From assembly GCA_964016885.1 (NCBI GenBank), contig OZ024741.1:71424001-71488000 (forward strand): a stretch of DNA of 64,000 nt. The letters are read 5' to 3'. The DNA comes from Eledone cirrhosa. Taxonomy: Eukaryota. Below, piece after piece: positions 51,551 to 64,000 of the stretch. Position numbers and translations under genes: made by a program. Numbering within the stretch: the stretch's first letter is position 1; every line of letters starts with the position of its first letter. The notes under the pieces were generated by a model. The model was not told the DNA's origin. It saw only the letters and a program-made list of their open reading frames with translations, and did no database searches.

Positions 51551-53329
51551 ATATATATATATATATACAAATTTAAAAAATATATACACACACACACACA
51601 CACACACAGATATACATACATGTGTGTGTGTGTGTGTGTGTTTACATTTTTATCTGTGTCTGTGTTTATGTCCTGTAAATGAGTGATTCGACAAAAAGAG
51701 ATCAATAAAATAAGTACAAAGCTTCACAAATAAGTACCTATTGCCTAAAATCCCAATAAGGCAGTACCTCAGCATGACAAAAGTCAAATGTCTGAAACCA
51801 GTAAAAGGGTAAATAGTAAACATTCTGATTTAGGTTTTTGTCCATACACCAGAGCACAAAGAGGTTTCAAAATACCTGGAACTTTCCATCTATGACCATC
51901 CTATAACTCCTAACCATAAACTTTGCACTAACCCTAAAAGCAACCACTGCCACAACCCTGATCCTTAACCAATAATACGTATCATAAATTTTACTAAATG
52001 TTATTGAAAATTACAGCATGAGCCCCCCCAAAAAAACAACGAATCAAACCATCTAATTAGTTGTTTTTAAAAAATGTCCAATATACCAAGGTATTTTGTC
52101 TGACATTCTACTGCATTTACCATTAATAATAATTCTTTCTAACGTTGGTATAAGGCCAGCAATTTGGGGGGAGGTTAAAGTCATTATCAGCCCCAGTACT
52201 TAACTGTTACTTTATTTCATCTACTCCCAGAGGATGAAAGACAAAGTTGACTTCGGTGGGGTTTGAACTCAGAACGCAGAAAGTCATATCTAAATACCAC
52301 AAAGCAGTTTATCTGACGCTCTACCGATACTGACAATCCACTGCCTGCACCTACCATTAATAATAATAATTTCTAACATTTGCACATGGCCAACAATTTA
52401 GGGGAAGGGAAAAGTCGATTATATTGACCCCAGTACTTAACTGGAGGTGGTGTATGGCCCAGTGGTCAGGTTACGAAGTAATCGACTTACGAAGACTACG
52501 TCATAGGTTCAATTTTTGGACTGGGTGGTGGCGAGGTGTGTTCTTCAAGCAAAGCACACCATTTCTCATTGCTCTAGTCAACTAGGCTGCAAATGAGTAC
52601 CAGCAATAGCTCGGAAGTCGGGGGGGGGGGCATGAAATGGATTGGCACAGAACGATGAAAAGCAACGTCGAACCAGAGCAGGATTCGAACTGGGAACATA
52701 GAGAAACGAAACTAAATAGCACACGTCATATCGATAATATTCTACCGGCAGTATTGTACTTTTTCAGTTGCTTAATGTCAATGAAACTAGGATAAGTGAC
52801 AGCCTGATGAGCCTCTGGGCTTGGGACAGACATTAACTTTATTTTTCAACCTTATACTGGTAGTTTATTATAGCGACCACAAAAGTTTGAAGGGCAAAGT
52901 TGACCACGGTGGGATTTGAACTCAACGTAGAAAGCCGTAACTAAATACTGCAAAACATTTTGTTCGACGTTCTACCGCTACTGCCAACCCACTACCCTCT
53001 ACCATTGATAATGTGTTTTTAATTCACCAAAGGGGTACAGGTATTTTAAGAGGATGAGCATAATTGATTATATCGAGCCAAGCGCGGATTAAGTCCTTTT
53101 GAGCCCCTAAGCATTTAAAAGATTTAAGTCAGCAAAAGATATTGGGGTAATCTGAATAAACATGTTCTTATTTTGCTTAACGGTTAATCCAGAATTGTAT
53201 CGACACCAGTTCATTTTATCGCTTACAGAACAATAAAAAGCAACGTCGAACCAGAGCAGGATTCGAACTGGGAACATAGAGAAACGAAACTAATTAGCAC
53301 ACGTCATTTCGATAATATTCTACCGGCAT

Positions 53330-54097
53330 TGCTAGTTTACCACCGCGCGGAATAGGACTTTCTTTATTAACCACAAGGGCAAATACTAAAACTCTACCGA
53401 AATACAAAGGTCACTTAGAAACGCACTCGCTCTTTCTGCCTGACATCCTCTCTCATTTCTATCACTCTTTCTCACCCTCCCACTCTCGTTTAGTGTGTAT
53501 GCGTGAGTGTGCATCAGAGCGTGTGTGTATGTGTGTGTGCGTCAGTGTGTCAATGCATGTTCGCGTTAGAATATGTGTGTGCCCCTTTCTCGCTCATTCA
53601 ATGTGTATGTATATGTGAGCCTCTTTTTTTTTTCTTTCTCTCTCCTCTGTCGTCAAATGTATAACATAGAAGATAGGATATAACAAATAACAACAGCAAT
53701 CGAACATACAATAAACATAACAATTGTACTTCTAACCACAATGTCAGAGCTGTCATTAACACAAGGATAACAATACTAACATTATTATTGAAATCATCAT
53801 CACCATTATTATTATTATTATTATTAAATAGTATATGTATAATCAAAAACTATATTTCTGTCATACACACCTACATTTTAGCACACACATAAATCAACAA
53901 GCACAATATAGGCATATTACATATATAAACATAACTACAAGTACTATATTAACACAATATATATTATGTATGTAATCTGTGTGTATATATATATATATAT
54001 GTAATGTATGTGTATTATATGTGTGACTGTGTGAGCTAGCGGATGTGCATATGTATGTTTCCATACACACGCACACACATACATATATGCTAACATA

Positions 54098-54146
<49 letters not shown>

Positions 54147-54229
54147 GTATACGCATATGTATGTGGCATGCGTAGATATATATTTTACAAGCGCATGCAT
54201 ATTATATATGCATATGTCTTTATAGTGTG

Positions 54230-54272
<43 letters not shown>

Positions 54273-54455
54273 ACACACACACATATATATCATTTCTTCT
54301 TTCTTTTACTAGTCTCTGCCAGACTGCGGTCATACAGGGGCAATATATATGTGTGTGTGTGTAAGCAATATTGCAGTATGGCCTTGGCTGTGGTGTATAA
54401 AACGAAGTAGACATACATATATTTATACATACACGCACACACATGTGTGTGTATG

Positions 54456-54495
<40 letters not shown>

Positions 54496-54622
54496 TTGAA
54501 ATGAATTATATATTATACATACTGAAGGTTGTGCCCCAGCATGACCGTAATCGAATAACTGAAACCAATAAAAAAAAGTATTTGTGTATACTACATACAT
54601 TCTTACATAGAATTGAAATACA

Positions 54623-54697
<75 letters not shown>

Positions 54698-55520
54698 TTT
54701 GTCTGTGTGTGTGTGGGAGTGTCTGTGTGTGAGAGTAAATAATTGATCTCCCATATTTCTCCACCTTTTTTTTTTCAACAAACAAAATGAATTAAACAAT
54801 GTAACTTACATTTTTAAAGGATCAAATCCGTTATTTATCCAATATCTTCAAAGAACATTTACCAGTCTTTTTTCTCTTTTAAATACGATTATTTGGGTTA
54901 AATTTATCGTGGTTCCACCTCAAAAGATACTTCGACGAAAGCAGACACCAGGACTCTCTCTTTCTCTCTACATGTGTTTATATATCTCTCTCTCTATATA
55001 TATATATATCTTCACGTTTCTTTCTGTCTTTCTTTATATCAGTTTCTCTCACTTTCTCCTTCTTTCACCGTCTTGTCTCGCTGTCTATCTTTTTCCGTTT
55101 CGTAACTATTAAACTGAATAATTTGTGTTAGTTTTATGCAAATGATAATCTATAATGAAAAGGAAAATATCTATCTATCTATATATCACTATATTATATT
55201 ACGAAAATGTTTTTCTGCATGTCATGTTATTTATATAAGAAACTTGCTGTTGCGTGTGTCACCTCTGTTATGTTTATTCCTCGCTTCTCACTTTTTTTCC
55301 GCCGACTCACTATTCGTCAACATTATTTTGATAATGCCGATAATAATGTAGCGGTTGTTCTTGTTTGTTGTTTTAATGGCTTTTTACATTCATTCAAAGA
55401 GCAGCAGTAGATTGACAAACAATCGAATGATAAGACAAGCAACAATTCATGTTACGTTCTTCTTAGGTAAAGGGGTTCTAAAAAATAATATAGAACTGCA
55501 CACAGAAGCCGTTCGATCAG
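53330..55520 (-). promoter_or_regulatory. Candidate promoter / non-coding first exon region for the SLC25A42-like gene
   Basis: Non-repeat stretches appear to retain CpG more than the gene body (by eye). Minus-strand donor consensus GTGAGT at 55310 and GTAAGT at 54809. Confidence 0.25.
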
Positions 55521-55789
55521 CGACGAAATTATACAATAATACTAGGATGATGAAGTTATCTCCCTTTAATTAATGACCTCTCATGTGAAAGAAGAAGGTA
55601 CAACAGAAGGAAGTGGAGGAAGGGGAGAAGCAACATAATAAGAGAAAAACAAAAGAGGATGAGGGTGAGACAAACAGTCGATGTTGCGAGGTTATCATTA
55701 CGCATGCTTGAGCGGAGTACACCTGCTCCTGGGCTGGCCTTCAACTTTATTTATGTTTATCAATATTACACCTGATTAGGGACTGATTA

Positions 55790-55985
55790 TATAATGATTT
55801 CTACTATAGGCACAAGGCCAGCAATATTTCGGGAGGGGAAAAGTCGATTAAATCGAACCCAGTGCATTACTGGTACTATTTTATCGACCCCGTAAGGATA
55901 AAAGGCAAAGCTAACCTCGGCGGGGTTTGAACTCAGACTGTAAAGGGTCGTAACTCTAAGCGATACTGACAATCCACCGCCCTTG
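55790..55985 (-). mobile_element. SINE family A copy
   Basis: Reverse complement similarity to 25143-25336. Confidence 0.75.
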
Positions 55986-56422
55986 GGGCTGATTATATAA
56001 TGCGTTGTGTTCTTGATACAACAAAAATGAAAAAAATGGAAAATCACAGCTTACACATATACAAGTTTAGCTGGCCTCTTACGGGGTTACATCATTGGGA
56101 GATTTCTCAAGTATTTTAATGATTTGGGACCCAGCCTTATGATGAAGCGTCTGGCTCAAGAACACAACGCAGCACGTGGTCCAGGAATTTGAACTTACTA
56201 TCTTACTAACATCCGGCCAATTAAATAAACAAACGTCTTCCTGTTGTAACCATCCTAATATATATATATATGTGTGTATTAAATGTTACAATTATAAAAG
56301 TATTCATTCTGTCGAATATTTTTCACTTTTATTTTTTACACACGCATATATATATATATATATGTTGATTTAAAACTGCACTATCCACAAGTGTTTTTTA
56401 GCCTTCATATCATGTCCTCCTG

Positions 56423-56489
56423 TTTTATCTGATGAAAACACAAATATTATTGCATGATGATGTTTGTTTTTGAAATGCGCATAATAAAA
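56423..56489 (+). ncRNA. Second copy of the long-stem-II hammerhead family
   Basis: TTTTAT-CTGATGA-AAACA...TGTTTTT-GAAA-TGCGCA-TA-ATAAAA; flanks homologous to 48790-48945. Confidence 0.7.
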
Positions 56490-56521
56490 TACATGGAACT
56501 CCTTTAACCATCTTTTGTTCT

Positions 56522-56578
<57 letters not shown>

Positions 56579-56579
56579 T

Positions 56580-56975
56580 ATCGTTTTACGTCCGCTTTTC
56601 CATGCTTGCATGGGTTTGACGGATCCTTCTCAGCACGGCATCTCTTCTTTTGTCGCGTTCCTTCGTTACTTCTGCCAGTCTTATCGATTTCAGGTCAACT
56701 CTCACAACCTCTGCCCAGGTCTTTTTTGGTCGTCCTCTACTGCGGCTGCCTTCCACTTGGATTTCCTAGCATTTCTTCACCCATCGGTCATTATCCATAC
56801 AAACGCAGTCTTCTCTACTGCACACCACTTCGGATCCCACTTAAACCCAGCTTCTTCTTCAGTTCGTCCAAGCTTTGCCTTTCTCTCAAATTTACATTCC
56901 ACATCCAACGAAGCATGGTTGCTTTATTTCTCTCCAGCTTCGCATGTCCTCTACAGTCTCTGCCCATTTTTGTCG
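56580..56975 (-). mobile_element. RTE LINE 3' end
   Basis: LERNKATMLRWMWNV...LKKKLGLSGIRSGVQ followed by an RTE-type tail. Confidence 0.7.
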
Positions 56976-59915
56976 GAAAGGACATGTTCATCTTCCAGTA
57001 ACCAGGTCCTAACCTACGCGTTTTATCTAGGTCGACCATACAGATCACAACCTTGTGATCTGAATAGGCGACCGTTTTAAAACGTGGACAGCCTACACTA
57101 TTTCTATTTATTTTCCTAATGAAAATCCTGTCTATATACGATCTAGATGACCCTATGCGGTTGCTCCAGGTCCACACTGGCGCATTACAGAAATCTAGTC
57201 GATACCTGTCAGACAGTTGGAACTGGCTGATCAGGTATTTGAGGTATTTGCACCCCCTGCTCCAATCATCTACTCCCACACAATCTCAGCGTGCGTCTAA
57301 GATGCCGTTCCAGTGCCCCGCTAAAAGTAAAGGGCGAGACGTACCCAGAAAGGCTTCCAGGCGCCTAAAGGAGTCCGGCTAGCCGGCCACGGTATGGGTG
57401 TAGAGGGCCACCAGTCTAAAGGCACTACCTTCGCTATTGTTCACGTCCAGGACCACCAACTTACGGTCCAGGTCCCGGATGATCGACCTTACCTCGAGGT
57501 CAAGGCCTTTCTTAAACAGCACTGCCACCTCCACCTCCCATTCTCGGCCGATTAACAGATGCGAAGATTTGATAGTCGTCGAAAATGAGAGCTAGTGCGC
57601 GCGTGTCGGAAATCCTGGTCTCGCTGACGGCAATTACATCCATTTTTTTTTTCTAGAGACCTGAGGTCATTGAGCAGGTGACTGCATCCAGGGCAACCCC
57701 AGGCCACGCACATTTAAACTTCCTACCCTTAATATGGCCATGTTGGCAGGCCAAAAGAGAGAGGAAAGATTTACTTACCTCCCGGGGTCTTGTGAAGGTC
57801 GGGTGGTTCTACCTCCATAGTTGGTGGGGGTTTCTTTTGGGAACCCCTTTAAAAGTCTCTATGTGGGTTTCACGTTCGGGGTTCCCACGTCCTGAGGAAA
57901 GCTCTCTCGAATTCCTTTGTAGGAATCGAGCGACATTCGCACCAAACAAAAATCTTCTGGCACGCGAAATGTGCTCGATTAAAAAATCTCCCCCTCTGTT
58001 TGAATTTCTTCGCTTCGTGTTATGAGGGCCATCAATTTTTCGTTGGCCCTTCTGACAAGCACGAAGTTTTTTGTTTTGTTGGTGCGGTTTTATTTGTTTT
58101 CGTTTGAGTGACTGTAGTAGTGATGGTTTTGTTGGTGTTGTTTCGGGTATGTCTGTGTTTGTTGCAGGTTTGGTGTCTGTTTAGGTTGTTTGCGTTTGGG
58201 GGATTGTGGGGGGAGGGGTGTTAGTGTTGGTGTTGTTGGGGGAAGTGTTTACATTGGTGGGGGTCTGTATTTTTTGTTGTGGGAGTTTTTTCTTTGTGTG
58301 TTTTCTTTTTTTTTTTTGCTTTTTGGCGGATTTGGGTTTTCCCTCATCTTCACTACTGGAAGATAACAGGTCTGTGGCTGTAAGTGTATCTGTGTCTGTG
58401 TGTGCGTTTATGTTTTTGTCCATGTGTATATTTTAAGGGGGAGGGGGAATGGGAGAGCGTTCCTCGTTTTCCCCCTGGATTGGTTTTGGTGTTGGTGGTG
58501 GTGGTTCGACAGTTTTTGCTGTTGATGGGGCTGCCGGTGTCAGTGTTGGTGGAGCTTTCCATCCCGGCACTGGCGTTGGCAGCAAAGGAGGTTTACGGCC
58601 CCCTGCATTTTTGAGCCGAGGGCAGAAGGCTCGCAAATGCGTTGCTTCACCGGAGACGAAGCAATGAGGCCTTCTCCCCTCAGTAATCAACTGAATCGTT
58701 GACCCGTCCTGCAGGCGGATAAAGTCCGGAATGTTATTTAGGTCTTCTAGTTTTATTTGGAGAAGAATCTCCAAATCCATGCCGGACCAGTCCTCTCTGT
58801 CAGTCTTTTTGATATCTACGAGGGTAGTGTCGGTACCCTCCACGATTACGCATCCCAGGAGCCACCATAGGTTCATTCCTGGTTGGATCCTAGGAATGCG
58901 GACCTTCGCTGTTCTTTTGCTCATGTAGGACGGGTGCATGATGATGCGTTCCGTTCTGCAGGGTGCCACGGAGTGTTTAATAGCAAAGGCTTCGGTTTTG
59001 AACAGCATCGAGATGGTGCCGAACTGTCTGGCCTTTGCTTTGTATTCAATATCATCTTTGATGCATTCCAAAGAAGCCTCGACCTCTGCCTGGCTGGCGA
59101 ATTCCACATTGCGAGTTTGCACCGAAATACATCGAAAATGTCTTCCTCTGCATAACCGCTATTGCTTCGTCCTGGATGGCCAGGTTGGCCAGGGATTTCT
59201 CGTGTTTAATTAATTTCCACGCCTGGGTCAACTGTCTGTAATATCGACGTTAAAAAATCGTTTTGTTTTCGCCGCCGCCGCGAATGTGCTGTTGTTGTTT
59301 AGTTTGTTGCTGCTCTCACTGTTGCTCTTGTTGTTGGTGTTGTCATTCTTGCTGTTGTTGGTGGTGGTGTTGTCATAATTGCAGCTGTTGTTGGTGTTGC
59401 TGTTGTTGTTATTGTTGTGTTGTTTGTTGTTGCCGTTGCTATCGTTACTAATGTTTATATTGAGGCTGTTGATGTTGTTGTGGTGGTAGCAGCAGTGGTG
59501 GTGACGGTGGCTGGAGGTGGTAAAGTGATACGTTTACTGTTTATAATTCCCTTCCCTTGTACCATTCTCTCACATACAGCAGCATTAACCACAGTCATAT
59601 CACACGTCTGTGGTAGTAATGGTAGTGGTGGTAGTAGTAGTAGTAGTAGTAGAGGCTGTTTTTGATCTTTTGAACCGCAAGTTGTTTAGAGATTCAGGGT
59701 CCATGTTTTGGAAAATAATCTTTCAAAATTTTTTGAAAATAAATCTGAATATTCAGGCTTAAAGCCCTAATGTTGAAGGGTCTCCCTTCTCTGGGCCAAG
59801 AGGGGTACCTTATGCCCTGTTATCAACAACAAAAAAAGCACAAAATAAAACTTTAAAACAACTTAAAATTACGAACGTTTTCTCACGCAGACTTGTAATG
59901 TCTTCACACATGTGC
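56976..59915 (-). mobile_element. Tx1/L1-like LINE 5' part: ORF1 (58433-59122) and disrupted APE endonuclease
   Basis: ORF1 has a degenerate zinc knuckle GRRPHCFVSGEATHLRAFCP. Endonuclease motifs WTW...SYIDRIF...SDHKVV...GPGYWKMN. 5' boundary uncertain. Confidence 0.8.
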
Positions 59916-59924
59916 GCCAACAGT

Positions 59925-60322
59925 AATAATGATAATAATTGTTTCTACTTTTGGCACAAGGCCGGCAATTATTCCAGTGCATTACTGGTACTTTATTTTA
60001 TCGACCCCGTAAGGATGAAAGGCAAAGTTAACGTCGGCAGGATTTGAATTGAGAATGGCAAGGGCCGTAATCTATGCTCAAAGCATGGCGTCCGACCCTC
60101 TGCCGATACTGCCAAATAAACAACCTAATAATGATAATAATTGTTTCTACATTTGGCACAAGGCCAGCAATTATTCAGTACGTTACTGGTACTTTATTTT
60201 ATCGACCCCGTAAGGATAAAAGGCAAAGTTAACCTCGGCAGGATTTGAATTCAGATCGTAAGGGGACGTAACTATGCTAGAAAGCATGTCCGACCCTCTA
60301 TCGATATTGCCAATTCACGATA
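59925..60322 (-). mobile_element. Two tandem SINE family A copies
   Basis: ~59925-60115 and ~60128-60320 are colinear ~200-bp copies. Confidence 0.85.
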
Positions 60323-60329
60323 ATAATGA

Positions 60330-61250
60330 TTTCATTTATTGGCCACAAGGGCCGACATGTAGGGGACAATACAAAGACAAGGACAGTGGGGGTTTACAAT
60401 AAGGTTGAATAAAAGTGCACAATGGCACGACTAATTTAACAATGAAGGTACACAAATATAAAATAAACTATGTATAAATATAACAAAATACATAAATTCC
60501 CCTATCGGGGGTGGACGACCCAAGGGTGACTCAGGTACCCCACCAATCCTGAACCACCCTGCGCTTCTAGGGCACCCAGGGAGATCACCCCTCTCCTCAA
60601 GTTAGCTAGCCTATAAGCGCATGGTCAGAGTAGGCCCATTCACACGGACCATTCTCGCCACATTCATCCACGTTTTTAGCAAATGTACTGGGGGGGGGGG
60701 GGGGCAGCACTTACCTCTCCATGTGAAACTTGAAGAAGTTGATGAGGGATTGGCCGAAGAGAAAAGTGTCTGTCTTCAGTCCTTTCAACTTGGTACAACC
60801 TCTTTCGCAACTGCCACCAGACAGAGGAATATTGCCTGCCCTTTCTGGCCAAAAGAAGGCGGCGGGTCGATCTTCACTATGGACTCGGCCGATAGCCGGA
60901 TCCGTTCTACACGCGACAACAGCTGTTCGACATAACTCCACAAGTCAGTAATGCACAGACATTGGACAAGTGCGTGCAGAAAGGTTTCGTCGCTCTGTGC
61001 GCATCTCGAGCAGGTCCGTCTGACAGCACTTCCGTGACTGTAATGTTTATCTCGAACCGGCAGTGCCCCCCGGTAGCACTGCCAAGCGAGGGATTTCTGG
61101 AGGTTATCCATCGTCCCCGGCTCGAAAGTCCTCCGGAACAGACTGGTCAGTTCGACTTCGTCGACGCCCAGAGCCTCTCCGAGTGCATCATCGCACTTTC
61201 CCACCACTAATCCTCTATAGAACTCGAGAGTGGATGTTCCACTGACCTGT
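60330..61250 (-). mobile_element. Tx1/L1-like LINE 3' fragment
   Basis: LAWQCYRGALPV...CSRCAQSDETFLHALVQC (zf-RVT-like); ends with AATAAA near 60335. Confidence 0.8.
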
Positions 61251-61794
61251 AGTGGATAAATGCATTTTTTTTCAGGATGAATGATAAAAAGAATAATGCA
61301 GAATTGTGATGTTGACAATGTTTATTTTACAATAACAATATTCACTTGTTGGTACATTGAATAACGAGTAATAAACTTGTGGTAGCAATTATCACTACAT
61401 TATTTGCTGACTAGCTACTTCGAGTTAGCGTGTATGCATGTATCAATACAACGATATAATAGAAGTGAAATAACAGGAAGACGAAAGATTAGTGAAAAAC
61501 ATAAGTAAACCTACTGTGTGTGTGTTTGTGTTTGTCTATCCTGTAGTTGGCCGATCTACCGAGCAGGTATGTGAGAGCCTGTAAGGCTAGGAGAGATAAA
61601 GAGTAAAAGGTATGCTACATCGTTAACTTCACAGACTGTTGCTTCGTGGTCTCTCCGGTGGATTCCCTAAGTACTTGAATTTATAATAACACTATAGCTA
61701 GAAGAGTGTGTATAAGGGTTGATTTATGAGTAGCCATGTGTGTTTCATCTGTCAAGAACCTGGGGTCACAGGTCAAGTGGTATGTACGTTTATC

Positions 61795-64000
61795 ATAAAA
61801 TAATAATGAAATTATTGTGTAAAGTGCTCAGGTGCACTACAACTCGTCAATATAGTACATAGAATAATACACAAATGCCAGGGAAGTACATGTTTGTATG
61901 TGTTAGCTGTAGTGTTGGCGGATCTCGGGAAGCATGGAGGCCTTAAAGGATGCAGTGTCTCGACAGCTAACAACTGATGCAGGTAGTTTGTTCCATGCTT
62001 CAGCAACTCTGAGCGTGAAAAATGTTTCCGAAAGTCATGGGAACTGTGCTGTTTTCTTACTTTGTGGGCATGTCCACGTGTGTTAGACACATGGAAATCG
62101 AAAAGGCACTCAGGGTTGTTGTTGGCAACATGGTTAACAATTTTGTGGGTGTTTACCAAGTCAGTTGCCAGGCGTCGGAACTTCAATGAATCCATGCCCA
62201 GGGAAGCAAGGCGCTCAGAGTATGGTAGATGCCTGATGGAGGGTATTCGCTTGGTTGCACGTCTCTGAACAGTTTCCAGGCGGTCAATGTCCTGAGCAAG
62301 ATAGGGGTTCCAGACTGGTGATGCAAATTCTAAGTGTGGTCGCACCATAGCTGTATACAGCCTTAAATAGATATCTGGAGAGCGGCTGACAAAGGTCTTG
62401 CTGAGTGATGCTAAGACACCCTCGACCCTCTTGACAATTTTAGAGACGTGCCTCGTCCAACGCAAATCGCTGCTGACCGTAATGCCCAGGTCACGTTCAC
62501 AGGAAGACTTCTTGATATTAGTGCTGTGGAGGGAGTATGTGGACGCTGGGTTTTTACTCCCAAAATGCATGGTGGTGCACTTGTCCACAGCTAGCTTGAG
62601 TTGCCAGTTTGAGATCCACTGTTGCATTGTGTCCAGGTCAGACTGCAAGCAAGATCTATAGTGTTCAGGATCTGTCCTTTTTATCTCAAGGTACAGCTTG
62701 ATGTCGTCTGCGTACTTTAGTACTGTGGCATTCCTTAAGTTGGCATCTATGTCATTAATATATGCCACAAACAAAAGGGGGCCAAGAACAGATCCCTGAG
62801 GTACACCAGATGACATCTCATATGGTGAGGAATGCTGTCCCAGAACCGTGACTACCTCTCTTCGACTGAGAATGAAGGACTTCAACCAGTTAAAAAGATC
62901 ATCCTTCACACCCATTGCAGAGAGTTTTGCCATAAGCCTTTTGTGTGGCACAGAATTGAAGGCCTTCGCAAAGTCAAGGTAAACAACATCCACCCATGAG
63001 CCGCCATCAGTGATCCGGGTGATGTCCTCAAGAAACTCTATAAGTTGATCACAGCAGCTGGAGTTGGGGATAAATCCAAATTGCGAGGGCCGGATAAGAC
63101 TGTGAGAGCTCCAGAAGTTCCAAAGTGTTTCTCTGACACAGGATTCCATCAGTTTGGCGATGCAACTAGTAAGACTGACTGGACGATAGTTCACAGGTGA
63201 TGTGCGGTCACCCTTTTTGAACAGAGGAATTACACTGGCAGTTTTCCACTGTTCTGGAGTAGCACTGTTGTTCAGACAGAATTGGAAGAAGCATGATAGC
63301 TGGTGCAGAAGGAAGTACCCACCACGTTTAAGAAGCAGGTACGTAACACCATCAAGACCAGGAGAGGCATGGTTGCGTTTATTTTAGGTGACGTCGCAGC
63401 ATTGCAGGTGTAAATTCCATGGTTGTAATAGAGTCCGGTGTCATAGGTGGTGGAGATGGTACATTCTGGTCTTCAATGGTGAAAATGCCTGCATAGCATT
63501 CAGCAATGAGCTCTGCGCATTCCTTGGGGTCGTCAGTAACCTGGCTTGTGTGGGGATTGCGAAGAGGACCAACTGGAGAGTGAGGCCTCTGCTTTGAGTG
63601 AACATACTTCCAGAACACCTTACTGTCAGGGCTAGTTGCTATGCGCTGCTCAAATTGAAGCACTGCCTTTTTTGTCACCTGTTTGAGGTGGTTGGACGAT
63701 CTATTTCGCCTCTTCCTATTAATGTCTGATTTGTGAAGTTTGTACTCACGTTCAGCATTGCGCCGTTCTTTTCTGGCAAGACGGACTGCTGCAGTCTCCC
63801 AAATTGCGCTTTTAGGATGTTTTTTCCGCTTACGTGGCACCGATGCTGCACATGCTGTCCATATTGAGCTCAGGATGTTCTGGAGTACAGTGTTGACATC
63901 TCCAGAGTCATAGAACTCAAGCCAGTTTGGCCGTTGCAACTCGGTGCAGTAACAGTTCCAGTCTGCTTTATTCTAGTCAAAGTGAGCAGTTTGGAGATGG
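61795..64000 (-). mobile_element. CR1/L2-group LINE ORF2 (reverse transcriptase), young but frameshifted
   Basis: NYRPVSLTS, YLDFAKAFNSVPH, SGVPQGSVLGPLLF, YADD, ERDLG, VRPHLEFASPVWNP. Frameshifts near 63380 and at the C-terminus. Confidence 0.93.

Noticed and set aside
52800-52835. CTGATGA-GCC TCTG GGC hammerhead-like start
   Set aside because: No GAAA, stem III or stem I follows.
53894-54799. Cluster of short ORFs
   Set aside because: Products of (TA)n and (TG)n microsatellites.
59263-59451. Cys-rich 62-aa ORF resembling metallothionein
   Set aside because: Translation of a (TGT/TGC)n simple repeat within a LINE 5' region.
61812-63194. 460-aa RT ORF as a host gene or the retrozyme's partner RT
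   Set aside because: Typical frameshifted CR1/L2-group LINE ORF2, with nothing in the sequence linking it to the hammerhead elements.

Overview
AT-rich, microsatellite- and SINE-dense animal DNA; the repeat landscape suggests a coleoid cephalopod, probably Octopus (inference, not verified). The one host gene I can support is a minus-strand SLC25A42-like mitochondrial CoA carrier with four phase-compatible coding exons (21941-21780, 5818-5710, 3727-3541, 774-658) that continues beyond the window start. Its first coding intron is almost entirely a ~15.6 kb triplet-built minisatellite, which explains all the giant low-complexity ORFs. The rest is SINEs, RTE/Tx1/CR1 LINE fragments, mariner/pogo remnants, a small Helitron and Penelope-like pieces. 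The main finding is a very young 491-bp tandem and inverted repeat array (32721-34610). Each complete unit carries a minimal type I hammerhead ribozyme with a palindromic stem III, which is the architecture of a non-LTR retrozyme. Several other hammerhead motifs from different repeat families are scattered through the window, some in head-to-head palindromes. Repeat boundaries were read by eye and are approximate; ribozyme activity is predicted, not shown.
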